From Pseudomonadota bacterium (GTDB lineage: Bacteria; Desulfobacterota; Desulfobulbia; Desulfobulbales; JAHJIY01), in contig JAHJIY010000004.1 of the NCBI GenBank assembly GCA_018823175.1, positions 1,963 to 65,962 of the forward strand: a DNA stretch of 64,000 nucleotides, given 5' to 3'. Positions 51,780 through 62,330 of this stretch are shown piece after piece (position 1 is the stretch's first letter; every line of letters begins with the position of its first letter). The position numbers and the translations under genes were made by a program. Below the pieces are notes generated by a model that was given only the letters and a program-made list of their open reading frames with translations, made no database searches and was not told the DNA's origin.

Positions 51780-53336
51780 ATGACCTCTTCCCGAAGTAGC
51801 TGGAAATCAAATATCGGCTTTCTGCTGGCCTCGATCGGCTCGGCGATCGGCCTGGGTAACGTCTGGCGATTCAGTTATATGGCGCACCAACATGGCGGCG
51901 GCGCCTTTCTGGTGCCTTACATTGTCGCCCTGATTGTGGCGGGTGTGCCGATCATGATTCTGGAATACGGCCTGGGTCATCACGAAAAGGCCTCATCCCC
52001 TTTAAGTTTCACTCGGGTAAACAAATCGTTTGAATGGCTCGGCTGGTGGATGCCGGTGGTGGCGATGTTCGGGATCATGCTCTACTATTCGGTGATCATC
52101 GGCTGGTGTGTAAACTACCTTTTCTACTCCTTTTCCCTGGCCTGGGGTGATGATCCCCAGGGATTTTTCTTTAACCAATTTCTGCAACTTTCAGATTCGG
52201 CCGCCTCTCTTGGCGGGATCCGGATCCCGATCCTGTTCACCACTCTGCTGGTCTGGGTGGCCTGCTGGTTAATCTGCTTTCGTGACATCAGACACGGGAT
52301 CGAACGGGCCAGCGTGATATTCATGCCGGTTCTTTTTCTGCTGACCATTATCATTGTCGGCTGGTCGCTCTCGCTCGACGGAGCTCCAGACGCCATCTTC
52401 AATCACTATCTGCATGCCGACTGGCAGAAGATTAATTTTCTGGCCCATGATCCGGCAACCAGGATTGCGGCCGGCAAGGTTTGGGCCGCCGCCTTTGGCC
52501 AGATCTTCTTTACCCTCTCCTTGGGTTTCGGCATCATGATCACCTATGCCAGTTACCTGCCCAAAAAAACCGATATCGCCAAGAACGCCTTTATCACCTG
52601 TCTCGTCAATTGTCTTTATTCCGTAGTCGCAGGTCTGGCCGTTTTCGGCATCGTCGGCTTCATGGCCCAGAGTCAGGGAGTACCCTTTGCCGAGGCGATC
52701 AAGGGCGGCCCCCAACTGGCCTTTGTCGTATACCCCAAAGCAATCTCACTGCTGCCGAAGATGAATACCCTGTTCGGCATCATATTTTTCCTGATGCTGG
52801 TCATCGCCGGACTGACCTCCGGGGTCTCATTAATTGAAGCATTTACCTGCTCGCTGACCGATAAATTTGATTGGCCCAGAAAAAAAGTGGCAACCGTTCT
52901 CTGTATCATCGGCTTTCTCGGAAGCATTATTTTCACAACCCGCAGCGGCCTGTTCCTGCTTGATATCGCCGACCACTTCATCACCAATTACGGCCTGGTC
53001 TGCGGCGGACTACTGGAATGTATCGTGGTGGGCTGGATTTTAAAAGCGACCGTCCTGCGCCGACACATCAACCGCCATGGCATCGGCGTACCGAAGTTAT
53101 GGAATTTCTTTATTCGTTACACCACCCCGGCCATCCTGATCGTTCTGCTTTTCATCTCTCTGTCTGGTGATCTCAGTGCAAACTACGGTGGATATCCCAC
53201 GGATCAACTTTTCATTTACGGGGTGGGCTGGATGCTGATCTGTTTCATCGTCGCCCTGGTCCTGGCTTTTCAGAGCTGGAAATCTGACAAACTAAAACGC
53301 CGCCATAAACCGGGAGAAGACGAGTTGCTTGTTTAA
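51780..53336 (+). CDS. Sodium-dependent transporter of the neurotransmitter:sodium symporter (NSS/SNF) family
   Basis: 518-aa ORF. GFLLASIGSAIGLGNVWRFSYMAHQHGGGAFLVPYIVAL is the NSS signature, and there are about 12 TM helices. Confidence 0.9.
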   Translation: MTSSRSSWKSNIGFLLASIGSAIGLGNVWRFSYMAHQHGGGAFLVPYIVALIVAGVPIMILEYGLGHHEKASSPLSFTRVNKSFEWLGWWMPVVAMFGIMLYYSVIIGWCVNYLFYSFSLAWGDDPQGFFFNQFLQLSDSAASLGGIRIPILFTTLLVWVACWLICFRDIRHGIERASVIFMPVLFLLTIIIVGWSLSLDGAPDAIFNHYLHADWQKINFLAHDPATRIAAGKVWAAAFGQIFFTLSLGFGIMITYASYLPKKTDIAKNAFITCLVNCLYSVVAGLAVFGIVGFMAQSQGVPFAEAIKGGPQLAFVVYPKAISLLPKMNTLFGIIFFLMLVIAGLTSGVSLIEAFTCSLTDKFDWPRKKVATVLCIIGFLGSIIFTTRSGLFLLDIADHFITNYGLVCGGLLECIVVGWILKATVLRRHINRHGIGVPKLWNFFIRYTTPAILIVLLFISLSGDLSANYGGYPTDQLFIYGVGWMLICFIVALVLAFQSWKSDKLKRRHKPGEDELLV

Positions 53337-53348
53337 CAACTATGTTAA

Positions 53349-53446
53349 AGTGACTAGTAACGAGTAAATAGTAACGAGTAAATATCAACGTGTTCCCCAC
53401 TCGTCACTCGTCACTCGTCACTTGTCACTTGTCACTTGTCACTTTG
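53349..53446. repeat. Palindromic heptad element: an AGTGACT AGTAACG AGTAAAT AGTAACG AGTAAAT arm facing a (CACTCGT)3(CACTTGT)3 arm, 14 units in phase
   Basis: The left arm starts at 53349 and the right arm at 53398, an offset of 49 nt (7 x 7). The arms are approximate reverse complements (AGTGAC / GTCACT). TAAATAGTAAC lies at 53365-53375. Confidence 0.9.
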
Positions 53447-53515
53447 CATCTCCATTGTTCCCGTCCCCTGAGATGGGTTTTACTCCACTGCCGGCCGTCG
53501 AGACCATTTTATGCC

Positions 53516-56500
53516 ATGAGCAAAATAATAAAATTTTCCATAATATTTTTATTGGCGCTCTGCGGACTGGTATTAATCGGCCCCAAGATTCTGCAGATTG
53601 AAAAAATAAAATCAGAAATGATTAACAAGGTCACGGACCAGACCGGCTTACGGATAGAGGCCGCACGTCTAAGCTGGTCCTGGTTTCCGCTGCCCCATTT
53701 TTCAATGTTTTCCGCCTCAATCTCCAATGAAGCAATAGATCTGCAACTGCCTGAAACCCGTATTTATCCCCATTGGCGATATCTATTTGACCAAACGGTT
53801 GAATTAGGCCAAATAAATTTCATCTCGCCCCACGCCAACATTAAATCCCTGATTTTCACCGGCAAAGCAATATCCCTGCCGGAGGCGAAAATAAACATTA
53901 CAGGAGGCACTCTTTCCATCGCCCCGGGACTGCTGCCCGAACGAATAGAGCAGGATGCCATTACCCTGTCGGCCATCAATGCAGAGATCATGACCAACCC
54001 GAAATGGGCCAACCTGAAACTTTCCTACCAGACCCCATTTATTAAAAAATCAGAAATACAAGGTCATTTCGATGTCGACAGCAATACCTGCCAACTGAAC
54101 TTTACGATCAACCAACTACTCCTCCAAAAAGCCATAAAAGCAAGATCGGATGAAAAAATTTCCCTCGCCGCCACCGAACTGGACCTGAAAGGGCATATCG
54201 ACATACAAGGCCGAGACTCAATCAAGGCAACTGTTAACGGCGACTTCCCCTGTTTTATTATCGAACCACGGGACAGGAAGGTCCTGCTACAATGCGGCAC
54301 GGTTAATTTCAGCTTCGAAAAATCCGGTCAGGACCTTACCCTTGAGATTAAAAATCTGGCGGTAAAAACACCCGGCGCAAACATCAGCGGCAGGATCGCC
54401 CGTAAATTCGATCAGACACCTCAAAACTCCACCGCCGCCCCAGAGATCGAAAACAACCCGACCTGGATCATCGAACTTGCCGGCAAGGATCTGGATCTTT
54501 CCCAAATCAGGACTGACCTTCTGACCCTCTGGGGAGAAGAGAAGATAGTACAAACAGTCTCCGACATTGTGCTGGGCGGCAAAGCGTCACGGGCGAACTT
54601 TTTCTTCCAGGGACCGGCCTCCGACTTTAACCATCTTAACAAGATGATAATCAAGGTTGACGTTAAAGAGGCGGAGATCGATATTCCCCATACCAACCTG
54701 CACCTGACCGAAGCAAGCGGCCCGATCAAAATACTTGACGGCAATCTCTCCGGGGTAGGGTTAAACGCAAAAATTGGCGAAAGTCTGGGCAAAAGCTGTT
54801 CTTTATTTCTCGATCTGACCGGAAAAAACGACGCATTCATGCTTGACCTTGATCTGGATGTCAATCTCTTGACCTTGCAGAATATCCTCCATAACCTGGT
54901 GAAATTCAAACCATTTCAAGATGAACTAACCGGAATTAAAAACCTTGAAGGACGGGCTAAAGGTCATCTCTACCTGGGAGATAAACTGCATGACCTGGCA
55001 TGGGACGTCAAGGTGGAAGAGATGAAGGGCCAGGCCACCGACAAGCATATTTCCTGGCCAATTGAAATAACCGGCGGCGAACTTGATGTTTCCCCGACCA
55101 GCGTGATCTGGCGCCGGATTAAAGGCAACACCGGCCCCCATCAGATCAATGATTTTAGCGGCGGGATCGAGTGGGGCAAAGACCCTGTTCTGAAAATAGA
55201 TCAGCTTGAAGCCACTTTCGACTCGGCCGCGCTTCTTTCGGAACTGAACTCAAACAGTGCTCTGCCCAAGGATTTTTCAAAGGTGCTGATTACTACGGCC
55301 GGTCCCTTGAAAATAAACAACGCCACCTTCAGCGGACCACCCAGGAAACCGGAAGAATGGACCTACAATTTCAATCTGTCAACCCAGGACCTGAAATGGA
55401 CAAGTCGCCTTTTCCCATATCCGGTCTTTACCCGGAAAGCTTCAGCCACGGTGACTGACCAGGAAATCTCTCTGGTTGACAGCAATTCAACCACCGTCAA
55501 ACAATCAATCGAAATAAATGGTAATCTCAACCACAAACACCTCAACGACTGGAGCGGCTGGCTTAATTTTAACGGCCTTGTAAATGAAGACCTGGCCCGT
55601 TGGATCAAGGGCAAAGAATGGATCCCCGCAGAATACTTCCCGCGGATTCCCTGTACCTTAGAAGACCTGAAGGTCTCCTGGGGAAACGGGGCTTCGACCG
55701 TTGCCGGCAACATTCTGGCCGGCCCGGGCAATGAAAAAGCCACCCGGGTCGAGCTTGACCTGAATACTTCATCAAATCATATCGTGCTGCGAAAACTAAA
55801 TATTGTCTCGACCAAGGAAAGAGGCAGTCTGTCCCTGGACTACTGGAATATTTTTCCGCAAAGTCTGTTCCTGAGCTGGCAGGGATTCCTGACCAGCGAC
55901 ACCATGAATGAACTGCTGGCAAACAATCTGATGCAAAACGGCAAGCTGGAAGGCGACTTCAAACTTAATCTGACCGACCATCCGGCTTCGACCAGACTGA
56001 CCGGATGGGTAAAGGCCGAAAATGTCAGATGGCCTTGGAAGGGTCACCAGCTCCAGATCAAAAATCTTAATCTGGATGGCAAACCGAACAAGGTTCTGGG
56101 TATAAATACTTTGGAGCTGGCCAGAGATGCCGAGTCTTACGAAATCACAGGAGACGTGACAACCTCTAACGACGGAATCAAACTTGACCTGAATATCAAC
56201 TCGGAGAATTCATCATGGCAGTCGATTAAACGGCTGCTCAGCGATCTGAAAGGTCAGGATCCCGGTATTACCGTCGAAGAAGAAACGATCCGTAATGCCG
56301 ATCAAGACAAATCACCATGGGTCACCACCGGGCGGATCGCCTTCACGGGCAAAAACTTCAGTTCCGCCCCAACGACTGACCAGCCGGACCTCTCTGCCGA
56401 GTTGGAACCCGGCCCTGACTTTCTCTGGTCAACAATTGATGGTCAGCTCAATTTATACCCGCAAGAAAAGTATGCGATAACCATCAACAATTCAAAGCTC

Positions 56501-57229
56501 TGCGGCATAGATGTGGCCGGCACCTATAGTTCGGACAGCAGCATCGGAGAAAACTCTTTCAACCTCTTCACCCGCAGTGAGGCCCCACCCTTTTTCCAGG
56601 ACATCCTGCCCTGCCTCGGAGTCAAGCAGAGTGTGATCGAAGGTGCCTTGCACCTGGATGCCGAGATTAAAGGTATAGACAATCAATGGCAGGAAGGACG
56701 GGTAGACATCTATTCCTTTGAGGGACATATCCAGAAAATGTCCTTACTATCCAAAGTTTTCACCGTAATTAATCTGGCGGATTTATTCTCTTCATCCTTT
56801 TTGCCGGACATGAAAGAAGAAGGGTTCAAGTATTCCAAACTGGATATAAAATCACACATCAAAAATAACAACCTTGTAATCGATCAAGCCATAATCAACG
56901 GAAAGGGCCTGAACCTGTTCGGGCGGGGGAAAATAAACCTGGTGGAAGCGACCACCGACATCACCATGCTGGTCGCCCCACTCAAGACCATTGACTCCAT
57001 TATCAGCTCGGTCCCGATTATCGGACGGGTAATCGGCGGTAAGGATGCCACCTTAATTGCCATTCCGGTAGGAATCAAAGGCGCCCTCAAAGATCCGGAA
57101 ATCACCGTCCTGCCGGCTAAAGCCATCGGCGAATCAATCATCCATCTGGTAACGGGCACCTTGAAATTGCCCTTTACCATTCTGAGCCCGATCCTGCCCG
57201 ATGGGAAAGACAAGACCGAGGGTCTTTGA
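53516..57229 (+). CDS. Large AsmA-family / YhdP-like envelope protein (N-terminal TM anchor, long beta-rich periplasmic region)
   Basis: The start is moved to the ATG at 53516 (MSKIIKFSIIFLLALCGLVLIGP). The 42 codons upstream in the ORF track are a translation of the heptad repeat. The size (1,237 aa) and the C-terminal region GKGLNLFGRGKINLVEATTDITMLVAPLKTIDSIISSVPIIGRVIGG...AIPVGIKGALKDPEITVLP fit AsmA/YhdP-type proteins. Confidence 0.55.
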   Translation: MSKIIKFSIIFLLALCGLVLIGPKILQIEKIKSEMINKVTDQTGLRIEAARLSWSWFPLPHFSMFSASISNEAIDLQLPETRIYPHWRYLFDQTVELGQINFISPHANIKSLIFTGKAISLPEAKINITGGTLSIAPGLLPERIEQDAITLSAINAEIMTNPKWANLKLSYQTPFIKKSEIQGHFDVDSNTCQLNFTINQLLLQKAIKARSDEKISLAATELDLKGHIDIQGRDSIKATVNGDFPCFIIEPRDRKVLLQCGTVNFSFEKSGQDLTLEIKNLAVKTPGANISGRIARKFDQTPQNSTAAPEIENNPTWIIELAGKDLDLSQIRTDLLTLWGEEKIVQTVSDIVLGGKASRANFFFQGPASDFNHLNKMIIKVDVKEAEIDIPHTNLHLTEASGPIKILDGNLSGVGLNAKIGESLGKSCSLFLDLTGKNDAFMLDLDLDVNLLTLQNILHNLVKFKPFQDELTGIKNLEGRAKGHLYLGDKLHDLAWDVKVEEMKGQATDKHISWPIEITGGELDVSPTSVIWRRIKGNTGPHQINDFSGGIEWGKDPVLKIDQLEATFDSAALLSELNSNSALPKDFSKVLITTAGPLKINNATFSGPPRKPEEWTYNFNLSTQDLKWTSRLFPYPVFTRKASATVTDQEISLVDSNSTTVKQSIEINGNLNHKHLNDWSGWLNFNGLVNEDLARWIKGKEWIPAEYFPRIPCTLEDLKVSWGNGASTVAGNILAGPGNEKATRVELDLNTSSNHIVLRKLNIVSTKERGSLSLDYWNIFPQSLFLSWQGFLTSDTMNELLANNLMQNGKLEGDFKLNLTDHPASTRLTGWVKAENVRWPWKGHQLQIKNLNLDGKPNKVLGINTLELARDAESYEITGDVTTSNDGIKLDLNINSENSSWQSIKRLLSDLKGQDPGITVEEETIRNADQDKSPWVTTGRIAFTGKNFSSAPTTDQPDLSAELEPGPDFLWSTIDGQLNLYPQEKYAITINNSKLCGIDVAGTYSSDSSIGENSFNLFTRSEAPPFFQDILPCLGVKQSVIEGALHLDAEIKGIDNQWQEGRVDIYSFEGHIQKMSLLSKVFTVINLADLFSSSFLPDMKEEGFKYSKLDIKSHIKNNNLVIDQAIINGKGLNLFGRGKINLVEATTDITMLVAPLKTIDSIISSVPIIGRVIGGKDATLIAIPVGIKGALKDPEITVLPAKAIGESIIHLVTGTLKLPFTILSPILPDGKDKTEGL

Positions 57230-57280
57230 TCAACAGTTGCATTTATTCTTTAAAATTTAATCTAAATCCAAGGGACCGAG

Positions 57281-58342
57281 ATGGAATTATCAGAAATCAT
57301 TAATAAACTTCAAATAATCAACGAACACATTATTTTAAAAAGATTGATGATCATTTTCTTATACGCCTTATTGGCCAAAGCGGTTGACCTGTTTATCGAC
57401 CGGGTCCTGCGCCGACTGGCGAGCAAGACAAAAATCAGCTTCGACGATCACCTGATCTCATTTATCCATACCCCGATCTGCTGGACCGTTTTTCTGCTGG
57501 GCATCCTGCATGCCCTTTTATTACAGGAAATGCAAATGCCCTGGCAACTGGTGCTTCCCGCCCTGACCAAAAGCGCCATCCTGCTGGTCTGGTTGATCGC
57601 CTTTCTGCGCGTCTTCCATCGGCAGGCCGACAAGAACCTGGCCGACATTCTTGCCCGGGGCAAAATCGGCAATGATCTGTTCTATCTGCTGAAAAACATT
57701 GTCCGGGTCATCCTGGTCGTAGCCTGTCTCCTGTGGGTCCTTTCAATCTGGGATGTCGACCTTACCCCTCTTTTCGCTTCCGCCGGGATCGTCGGTATTG
57801 CCGTGGCCCTGGCCGCCAAAGACACCTTGGCTAATTTCTTCGGAGGTATCAGTATCTTCGCCGACAACACATTCAAGGTCGGCGATTACATTATCCTCGA
57901 TGGTACCGAACGAGGCGAAGTTGTGGAAATCGGCATTCGTTCCACCCGGATCAAAACCAGAGACGATGTTCTGATCACTATCCCCAACTCCATTCTGGCC
58001 AACTCAAAAATCATCAATGAAAGCGCCCCGCTGCCACGATTTAGAATAAGAATTCCGGTAAGCGTTGCATACGGCAGCGACCTGTCGCGGGTAGAAGATG
58101 TTTTGTTGAAGGTGGCGGCGGATAATCCAAATATCATCACCGATCCGGAGCCTCGGGTCAGGCTCCGTTCATTCGGGGATTCCTCGGTTAACTTTGAATT
58201 ACTCCTCTGGGTGGAAGACCCAAGAGTCAAAGGATTTGAGACCCATAATCTTCTCCGGCAGGTCTACGAAAAATTCAACAAGGAAGGAATTGTCATCCCC
58301 TTCCCGCAAAGAGATATCCACCTTAAAGGCACGGCAGAATAA
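57281..58342 (+). CDS. Small-conductance mechanosensitive channel (MscS family)
   Basis: 353-aa ORF with 4 N-terminal TM helices. GIVGIAVALAAKDTLANFFGGISIFADNTFKVGDYIILDGTERGEVVEIGIRSTRIKTRDDVLITIPNS is the MscS core. Confidence 0.85.
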   Translation: MELSEIINKLQIINEHIILKRLMIIFLYALLAKAVDLFIDRVLRRLASKTKISFDDHLISFIHTPICWTVFLLGILHALLLQEMQMPWQLVLPALTKSAILLVWLIAFLRVFHRQADKNLADILARGKIGNDLFYLLKNIVRVILVVACLLWVLSIWDVDLTPLFASAGIVGIAVALAAKDTLANFFGGISIFADNTFKVGDYIILDGTERGEVVEIGIRSTRIKTRDDVLITIPNSILANSKIINESAPLPRFRIRIPVSVAYGSDLSRVEDVLLKVAADNPNIITDPEPRVRLRSFGDSSVNFELLLWVEDPRVKGFETHNLLRQVYEKFNKEGIVIPFPQRDIHLKGTAE

Positions 58343-58357
58343 GCAAGGCGTTTTCTG

Positions 58358-59410
58358 ATGCTCAAACTTAAAAATCAAATAATCGCATTGTGCGCCATGT
58401 GTCTTTCTCTGACCGCTTGCGCCGCAAAACCATCCGACCATCCCGATAAACCACACCATACAAAAAATGGCTTCAAAAACGTCCACCATTATGAACCCAC
58501 CACTTTTTGGGACTTTCTAAAATGGCGCTTGGGAAATACCCGCCAGAAAGAACAAGCCACCGAATTATATAATTTTCAAATGGCCGAAAATGACCCGGCC
58601 TTTCTGCGCCAAAACCGCACCCGAAACACGGCGACCTGGATTGGCCACGCCACGTTACTATTGCAGCTAAACGGCAAAAATATCCTGACCGACCCGATCT
58701 TTGCAGACCGGGCATCCCCGGTCCAATGGGCCGGACCCAGGCGCGTCATGCCTCCCGGCCTGACGCTGGCAGATCTGCCGGCCATCGACTTTGTTTTAAT
58801 TTCACACGATCACTACGATGCCCTGGACCAGAACTCTGTCTTGTCATTAAGGGCCAGACCAGACGGAGATAAAACAAAATTCTTTGTGCCGCTGGGCTTG
58901 AAGAAATGGTTCACCAATCATGAGATATCAAATGTAGTTGAGCTTGACTGGTGGGAGCAGGCGGATGAGCCGGAAATAACGATAACCGCCGTCCCGGTCC
59001 AACACTGGAGCAAGAGAAGTCTCTTTACAAAAAATAAAACTCTGTGGGCCGGATGGGCGATGAACTCATCAGGGTTCAACTTTTTCTTTGCCGGCGACTC
59101 AGGATACACCCCCCACTTTAAAGAAATCGGCGAACGACTCGGCCCCTTTGATCTTGCCGCAATCCCGATCGGGGCCTATAGCCCGCAATGGTTTATGGGG
59201 AAACATCACATCACACCGGAAGAGGCCATGCAGGTCCACGAAGATATTAAATCCCGCCAATCAATTGCCATTCACTGGGGGACATTCACCCTCACCGATG
59301 AAAGGCTGGATGAACCGCCAAAAAGATTATCCCGGATTCGGGAGGACAAAAACCTCCCACCGGAGGAATTCATTGTTCTAAAGCATGGGCAGACCATCTT
59401 TCTTCCATAA
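58358..59410 (+). CDS. MBL-fold metallo-hydrolase lipoprotein (NAPE-PLD / Lactamase_B_2-like)
   Basis: The lipobox is LSLTAC. WIGHATLLLQLNGKNILTDP, VLISHDHYDAL, FFAGDSGY and IHWGTF are characteristic of this family. Confidence 0.75.
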   Translation: MLKLKNQIIALCAMCLSLTACAAKPSDHPDKPHHTKNGFKNVHHYEPTTFWDFLKWRLGNTRQKEQATELYNFQMAENDPAFLRQNRTRNTATWIGHATLLLQLNGKNILTDPIFADRASPVQWAGPRRVMPPGLTLADLPAIDFVLISHDHYDALDQNSVLSLRARPDGDKTKFFVPLGLKKWFTNHEISNVVELDWWEQADEPEITITAVPVQHWSKRSLFTKNKTLWAGWAMNSSGFNFFFAGDSGYTPHFKEIGERLGPFDLAAIPIGAYSPQWFMGKHHITPEEAMQVHEDIKSRQSIAIHWGTFTLTDERLDEPPKRLSRIREDKNLPPEEFIVLKHGQTIFLP

Positions 59411-59634
59411 AGAATAACAGGCCGGAACAAAAAAAATCTTGCGTCTGCCCCTGTAAAAACAGGATATTCCCCAAACATAACAATTGCTGACTTGATAATC
59501 CTTTGCTCCCCCGTTATTATCTGCCTACTTTTTATTTTGAGGTTCTCCTGAGCAAACAGAAACAATACATCAGCCCATTCTATTGCGGAGAGCACATCAC
59601 CCTTAATATTAAAAATTCGTAAAGGTTAAAATTA

Positions 59635-60525
59635 ATGTTGGTCAAAGACATCTTAAACTCTCAAAAAACATCTCTGAGCTTTGAATTCTTTCCACCCAAA
59701 ACTGAAGAAAACTGGGAACAACTTTTTCTGCACATCAAAGACCTGATCCCCTTAAAACCATCATACGTAAGCGTTACTTATGGAGCGGGAGGTTCAACCA
59801 GAGACCGGACCCACAATCTGATAACCAGGATAAATGAGGAAACGGACCTGACCGTGGTCTCGCATCTCACCTGCGTCGGCTCCTCCCGGAATGACATTAA
59901 GGAAATACTGGAAAATTATACCAGGATAAACGTCAAGAACATCCTGGCCCTGCGCGGCGACCTGCCAAAAGGACAAAAAGACTTCTGCCATCCCGAAGAC
60001 GGCTTCCCCTACGCAACAGATCTTGTTGCCTTTATTAAAAAACATTTTCCGCAAATGTGCGTCGGAGTTGCAGGATTCCCCGAAGGTCATCCGGAAACGC
60101 CAAACCGCTTAAAAGAAATTGAATATCTCAAGGAAAAAGTAGATGCCGGTGCTGATTTTATCGTCACCCAGCTGTTCTTCGACAACCGCGACTTCTATGA
60201 TTTCCGCGAACGCTGCATTCTTGCCGGGATCACAATCCCGATCATCGCCGGTATCATGCCGATAACCACCAGAAACGGAATGGTGCGAATGGCGGAACTG
60301 GCGGGCGGCGCGAGGTTACCAGCTGCGTTATTAAAAGCCGTAAACCGGGCGGCAACTGACAAGCATGTTGAAAAAGTTGGGATCCATTGGGCCACGGAAC
60401 AGGTCAGAGATTTAATCGACCATGATGTCCGCGGCATTCATTTTTATACCCTCAATACCTCAAACGCGACTTTGAAAATATACGAATCGTTAGGGATCAG
60501 AGACTCCAGTGAATTGTCCCCATAA
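59635..60525 (+). CDS. metF: 5,10-methylenetetrahydrofolate reductase
   Basis: 296-aa ORF with LSFEFFPPKT, VSVTYGAGGSTRDRT, LALRGD, GFPEGHPE and DFIVTQLFFD. Confidence 0.9.
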   Translation: MLVKDILNSQKTSLSFEFFPPKTEENWEQLFLHIKDLIPLKPSYVSVTYGAGGSTRDRTHNLITRINEETDLTVVSHLTCVGSSRNDIKEILENYTRINVKNILALRGDLPKGQKDFCHPEDGFPYATDLVAFIKKHFPQMCVGVAGFPEGHPETPNRLKEIEYLKEKVDAGADFIVTQLFFDNRDFYDFRERCILAGITIPIIAGIMPITTRNGMVRMAELAGGARLPAALLKAVNRAATDKHVEKVGIHWATEQVRDLIDHDVRGIHFYTLNTSNATLKIYESLGIRDSSELSP

Positions 60526-60552
60526 TCTGCAGTATATCCCTGAACCCATGAG

Positions 60553-61044
60553 ATGGAATCGCAGTATAATAATTTCCCGTTACTGATTCAGACCAAGTCT
60601 ATTAAAGATAGACTAATCATCGATCAAACCATGACTGACCGCAATATGAACTCAGATAACGACTTCAAAAACAGAAGAAAATATGAAAGGGTATTTTTTT
60701 CTCCGGATGATAATGTGTTAGCAGTTTTTACGATCACTAATCAGGAAGCTCCACCCAGATCAACCTATTTAACCGACCTGAGTCTTGGTGGTCTTTATTT
60801 TACCATCAAGAGAACCGAGGCCCCTTGCCTGGCCGTCAACGACAAACTGATTCTAAATGAAATTAAGACCGCTGTTTCTTTTCAGATTAAGGCAGAAATC
60901 GAAATAGTGATAAGACGCATTCAGGACTATGATTTTGTAGAACATATCGGCTATGGCTGCGAATTTGTCAATATCACCGAAGAGATACGCGAAACAATAG
61001 GACAGCTTGTTGATTGGGCCCTCAAATCATACGCAGAAAACTGA
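60553..61044 (+). CDS. PilZ-domain protein
   Basis: NRRKYERV (RxxxR) plus DLSLGGLYF (DxSxxG). The true start may be the internal ATG at about 60631 (MTDRNM). Confidence 0.65.
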   Translation: MESQYNNFPLLIQTKSIKDRLIIDQTMTDRNMNSDNDFKNRRKYERVFFSPDDNVLAVFTITNQEAPPRSTYLTDLSLGGLYFTIKRTEAPCLAVNDKLILNEIKTAVSFQIKAEIEIVIRRIQDYDFVEHIGYGCEFVNITEEIRETIGQLVDWALKSYAEN

Positions 61045-61049
61045 CTACC

Positions 61050-62153
61050 ATGAACAACTCAACCCAAAACAAAATGACCATTACCTGCCCATCCTGTAAC
61101 GCCTCATATGAAATTCCGGAGCAAAACGTTCCTGAAACTAAATTTGCCGCTAAATGCAAAAAATGCGGCAAAAAATTTGTTATAGATCATCATCTGCAGG
61201 AACAAAAAATTCCTGAGCAAAAAACCCTCTCACCTAAATCAGAGATTGAACCTGAAAAAAATCAGATCGAGAACCAAGAGGAACAAATATCCAAGATTCT
61301 TGAAGCTTATCCTGGACTGGCAGAATTTTCTCAGGAAAAATTCGCTTTATCTGAAGTTCTCTCCCCATCTCCCGATGGGAATTACCTGAATTCCAAAAAT
61401 AACTTCAAGGTTAAAATATTAAAAGCGGTCCACAATATTCTGGGATCAATTTTGACTAATAACGAAAAGGTTATGAGAGTCGGTCGGGGAACAGCCTATT
61501 ACCCATCTGAAATACCTTATGCCAATGGCATCATGACCCTGTTTTATAATTATTACGCGATTGTCTGCACCAACAAAAAAATCCTGCTGTTTAACGTAAA
61601 TTTTCAACTAAATCGACCAACCAGACATATATTTCAAATACATTACGAAAGCATAAAAAAAATAAAACGAGGGATCTTTTTCAACAGCCTAATTTTTTGC
61701 CTGAAGGATGGATCTTATCGAAACTTCACGACGGTTAAACGTTTTTTGTCAAAAGAGTTGCAATATTTCATAAATGCAAAAAAGGATTCCCAGACCGTTA
61801 ACCCCGAATATTCGATGAAAACTTTGGAGAATCTCTGTCCATCCTGCTTCACCCCACTGACCAGTAATCATATTAACTGCCCTCAATGCAACATCATGTT
61901 CAAGGAACCACGCCAGGCCCTGCTTAAATCTCTGGTCATGCCGGGCTGGGGGTCACTTTATCTGGGCCATACCGGACTGGGGATCATCGAATCAACGGGA
62001 GCGGCTTTGTTGTGGGCCCTCTTGATCTTTTTGTTCGTAAACAACATGAAAGAAGGTTTAATCGCGGGGATAATCATTCTACTTTTTTACAACAGTATAG
62101 ATTCGCTCCTTTCTTATTCTTTAGCCCGCAAAGGATATATCCCCACCGAGTAA
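61050..62153 (+). CDS. Membrane protein with an N-terminal MJ0042-type zinc ribbon, a central PH-like region, a second zinc ribbon and a C-terminal 2-TM segment
   Basis: The start is moved to the ATG at 61050, which removes the overlap with the upstream gene. The ribbons are ITCPSCNASYEIPEQ...AKCKKCGKKFVI and CPSCFTPLTSNHINCPQCN. The C-terminus reads PGWGSLYLGHTGLGIIESTGAALLWALLIFLFV. Confidence 0.55.
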   Translation: MNNSTQNKMTITCPSCNASYEIPEQNVPETKFAAKCKKCGKKFVIDHHLQEQKIPEQKTLSPKSEIEPEKNQIENQEEQISKILEAYPGLAEFSQEKFALSEVLSPSPDGNYLNSKNNFKVKILKAVHNILGSILTNNEKVMRVGRGTAYYPSEIPYANGIMTLFYNYYAIVCTNKKILLFNVNFQLNRPTRHIFQIHYESIKKIKRGIFFNSLIFCLKDGSYRNFTTVKRFLSKELQYFINAKKDSQTVNPEYSMKTLENLCPSCFTPLTSNHINCPQCNIMFKEPRQALLKSLVMPGWGSLYLGHTGLGIIESTGAALLWALLIFLFVNNMKEGLIAGIIILLFYNSIDSLLSYSLARKGYIPTE

Positions 62154-62330
62154 AAAAGCACCATTGGCTGAAAAATCGACCAGTCAGGAAGTTTAATTGT
62201 ATCTAGTCTCTGTATTTAAATCGTAACCCAGGGACTCCCTTTTACTTGCAAATATAATTTTTCTATTATAGAATATTTTTTAAAATTTTCGATTAGTTAG
62301 ATACTCACAAATAATACACTCGTACTTTAA

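Noticed and set aside
53390-53515. The N-terminal 42 codons of the 1279-aa ORF in the track.
   Set aside because: They translate the GTCACT heptad element. A typical TM-anchor start (MSKIIKFSIIFLL) begins at the ATG at 53516.
59411-59634. I looked for a SAM or SAH riboswitch upstream of metF, and for a lysine riboswitch upstream of lysC (27840-28300, minus strand).
   Set aside because: I did not see the conserved SAM-I, SAH or L-box core strings. Both regions are simply AT-rich.
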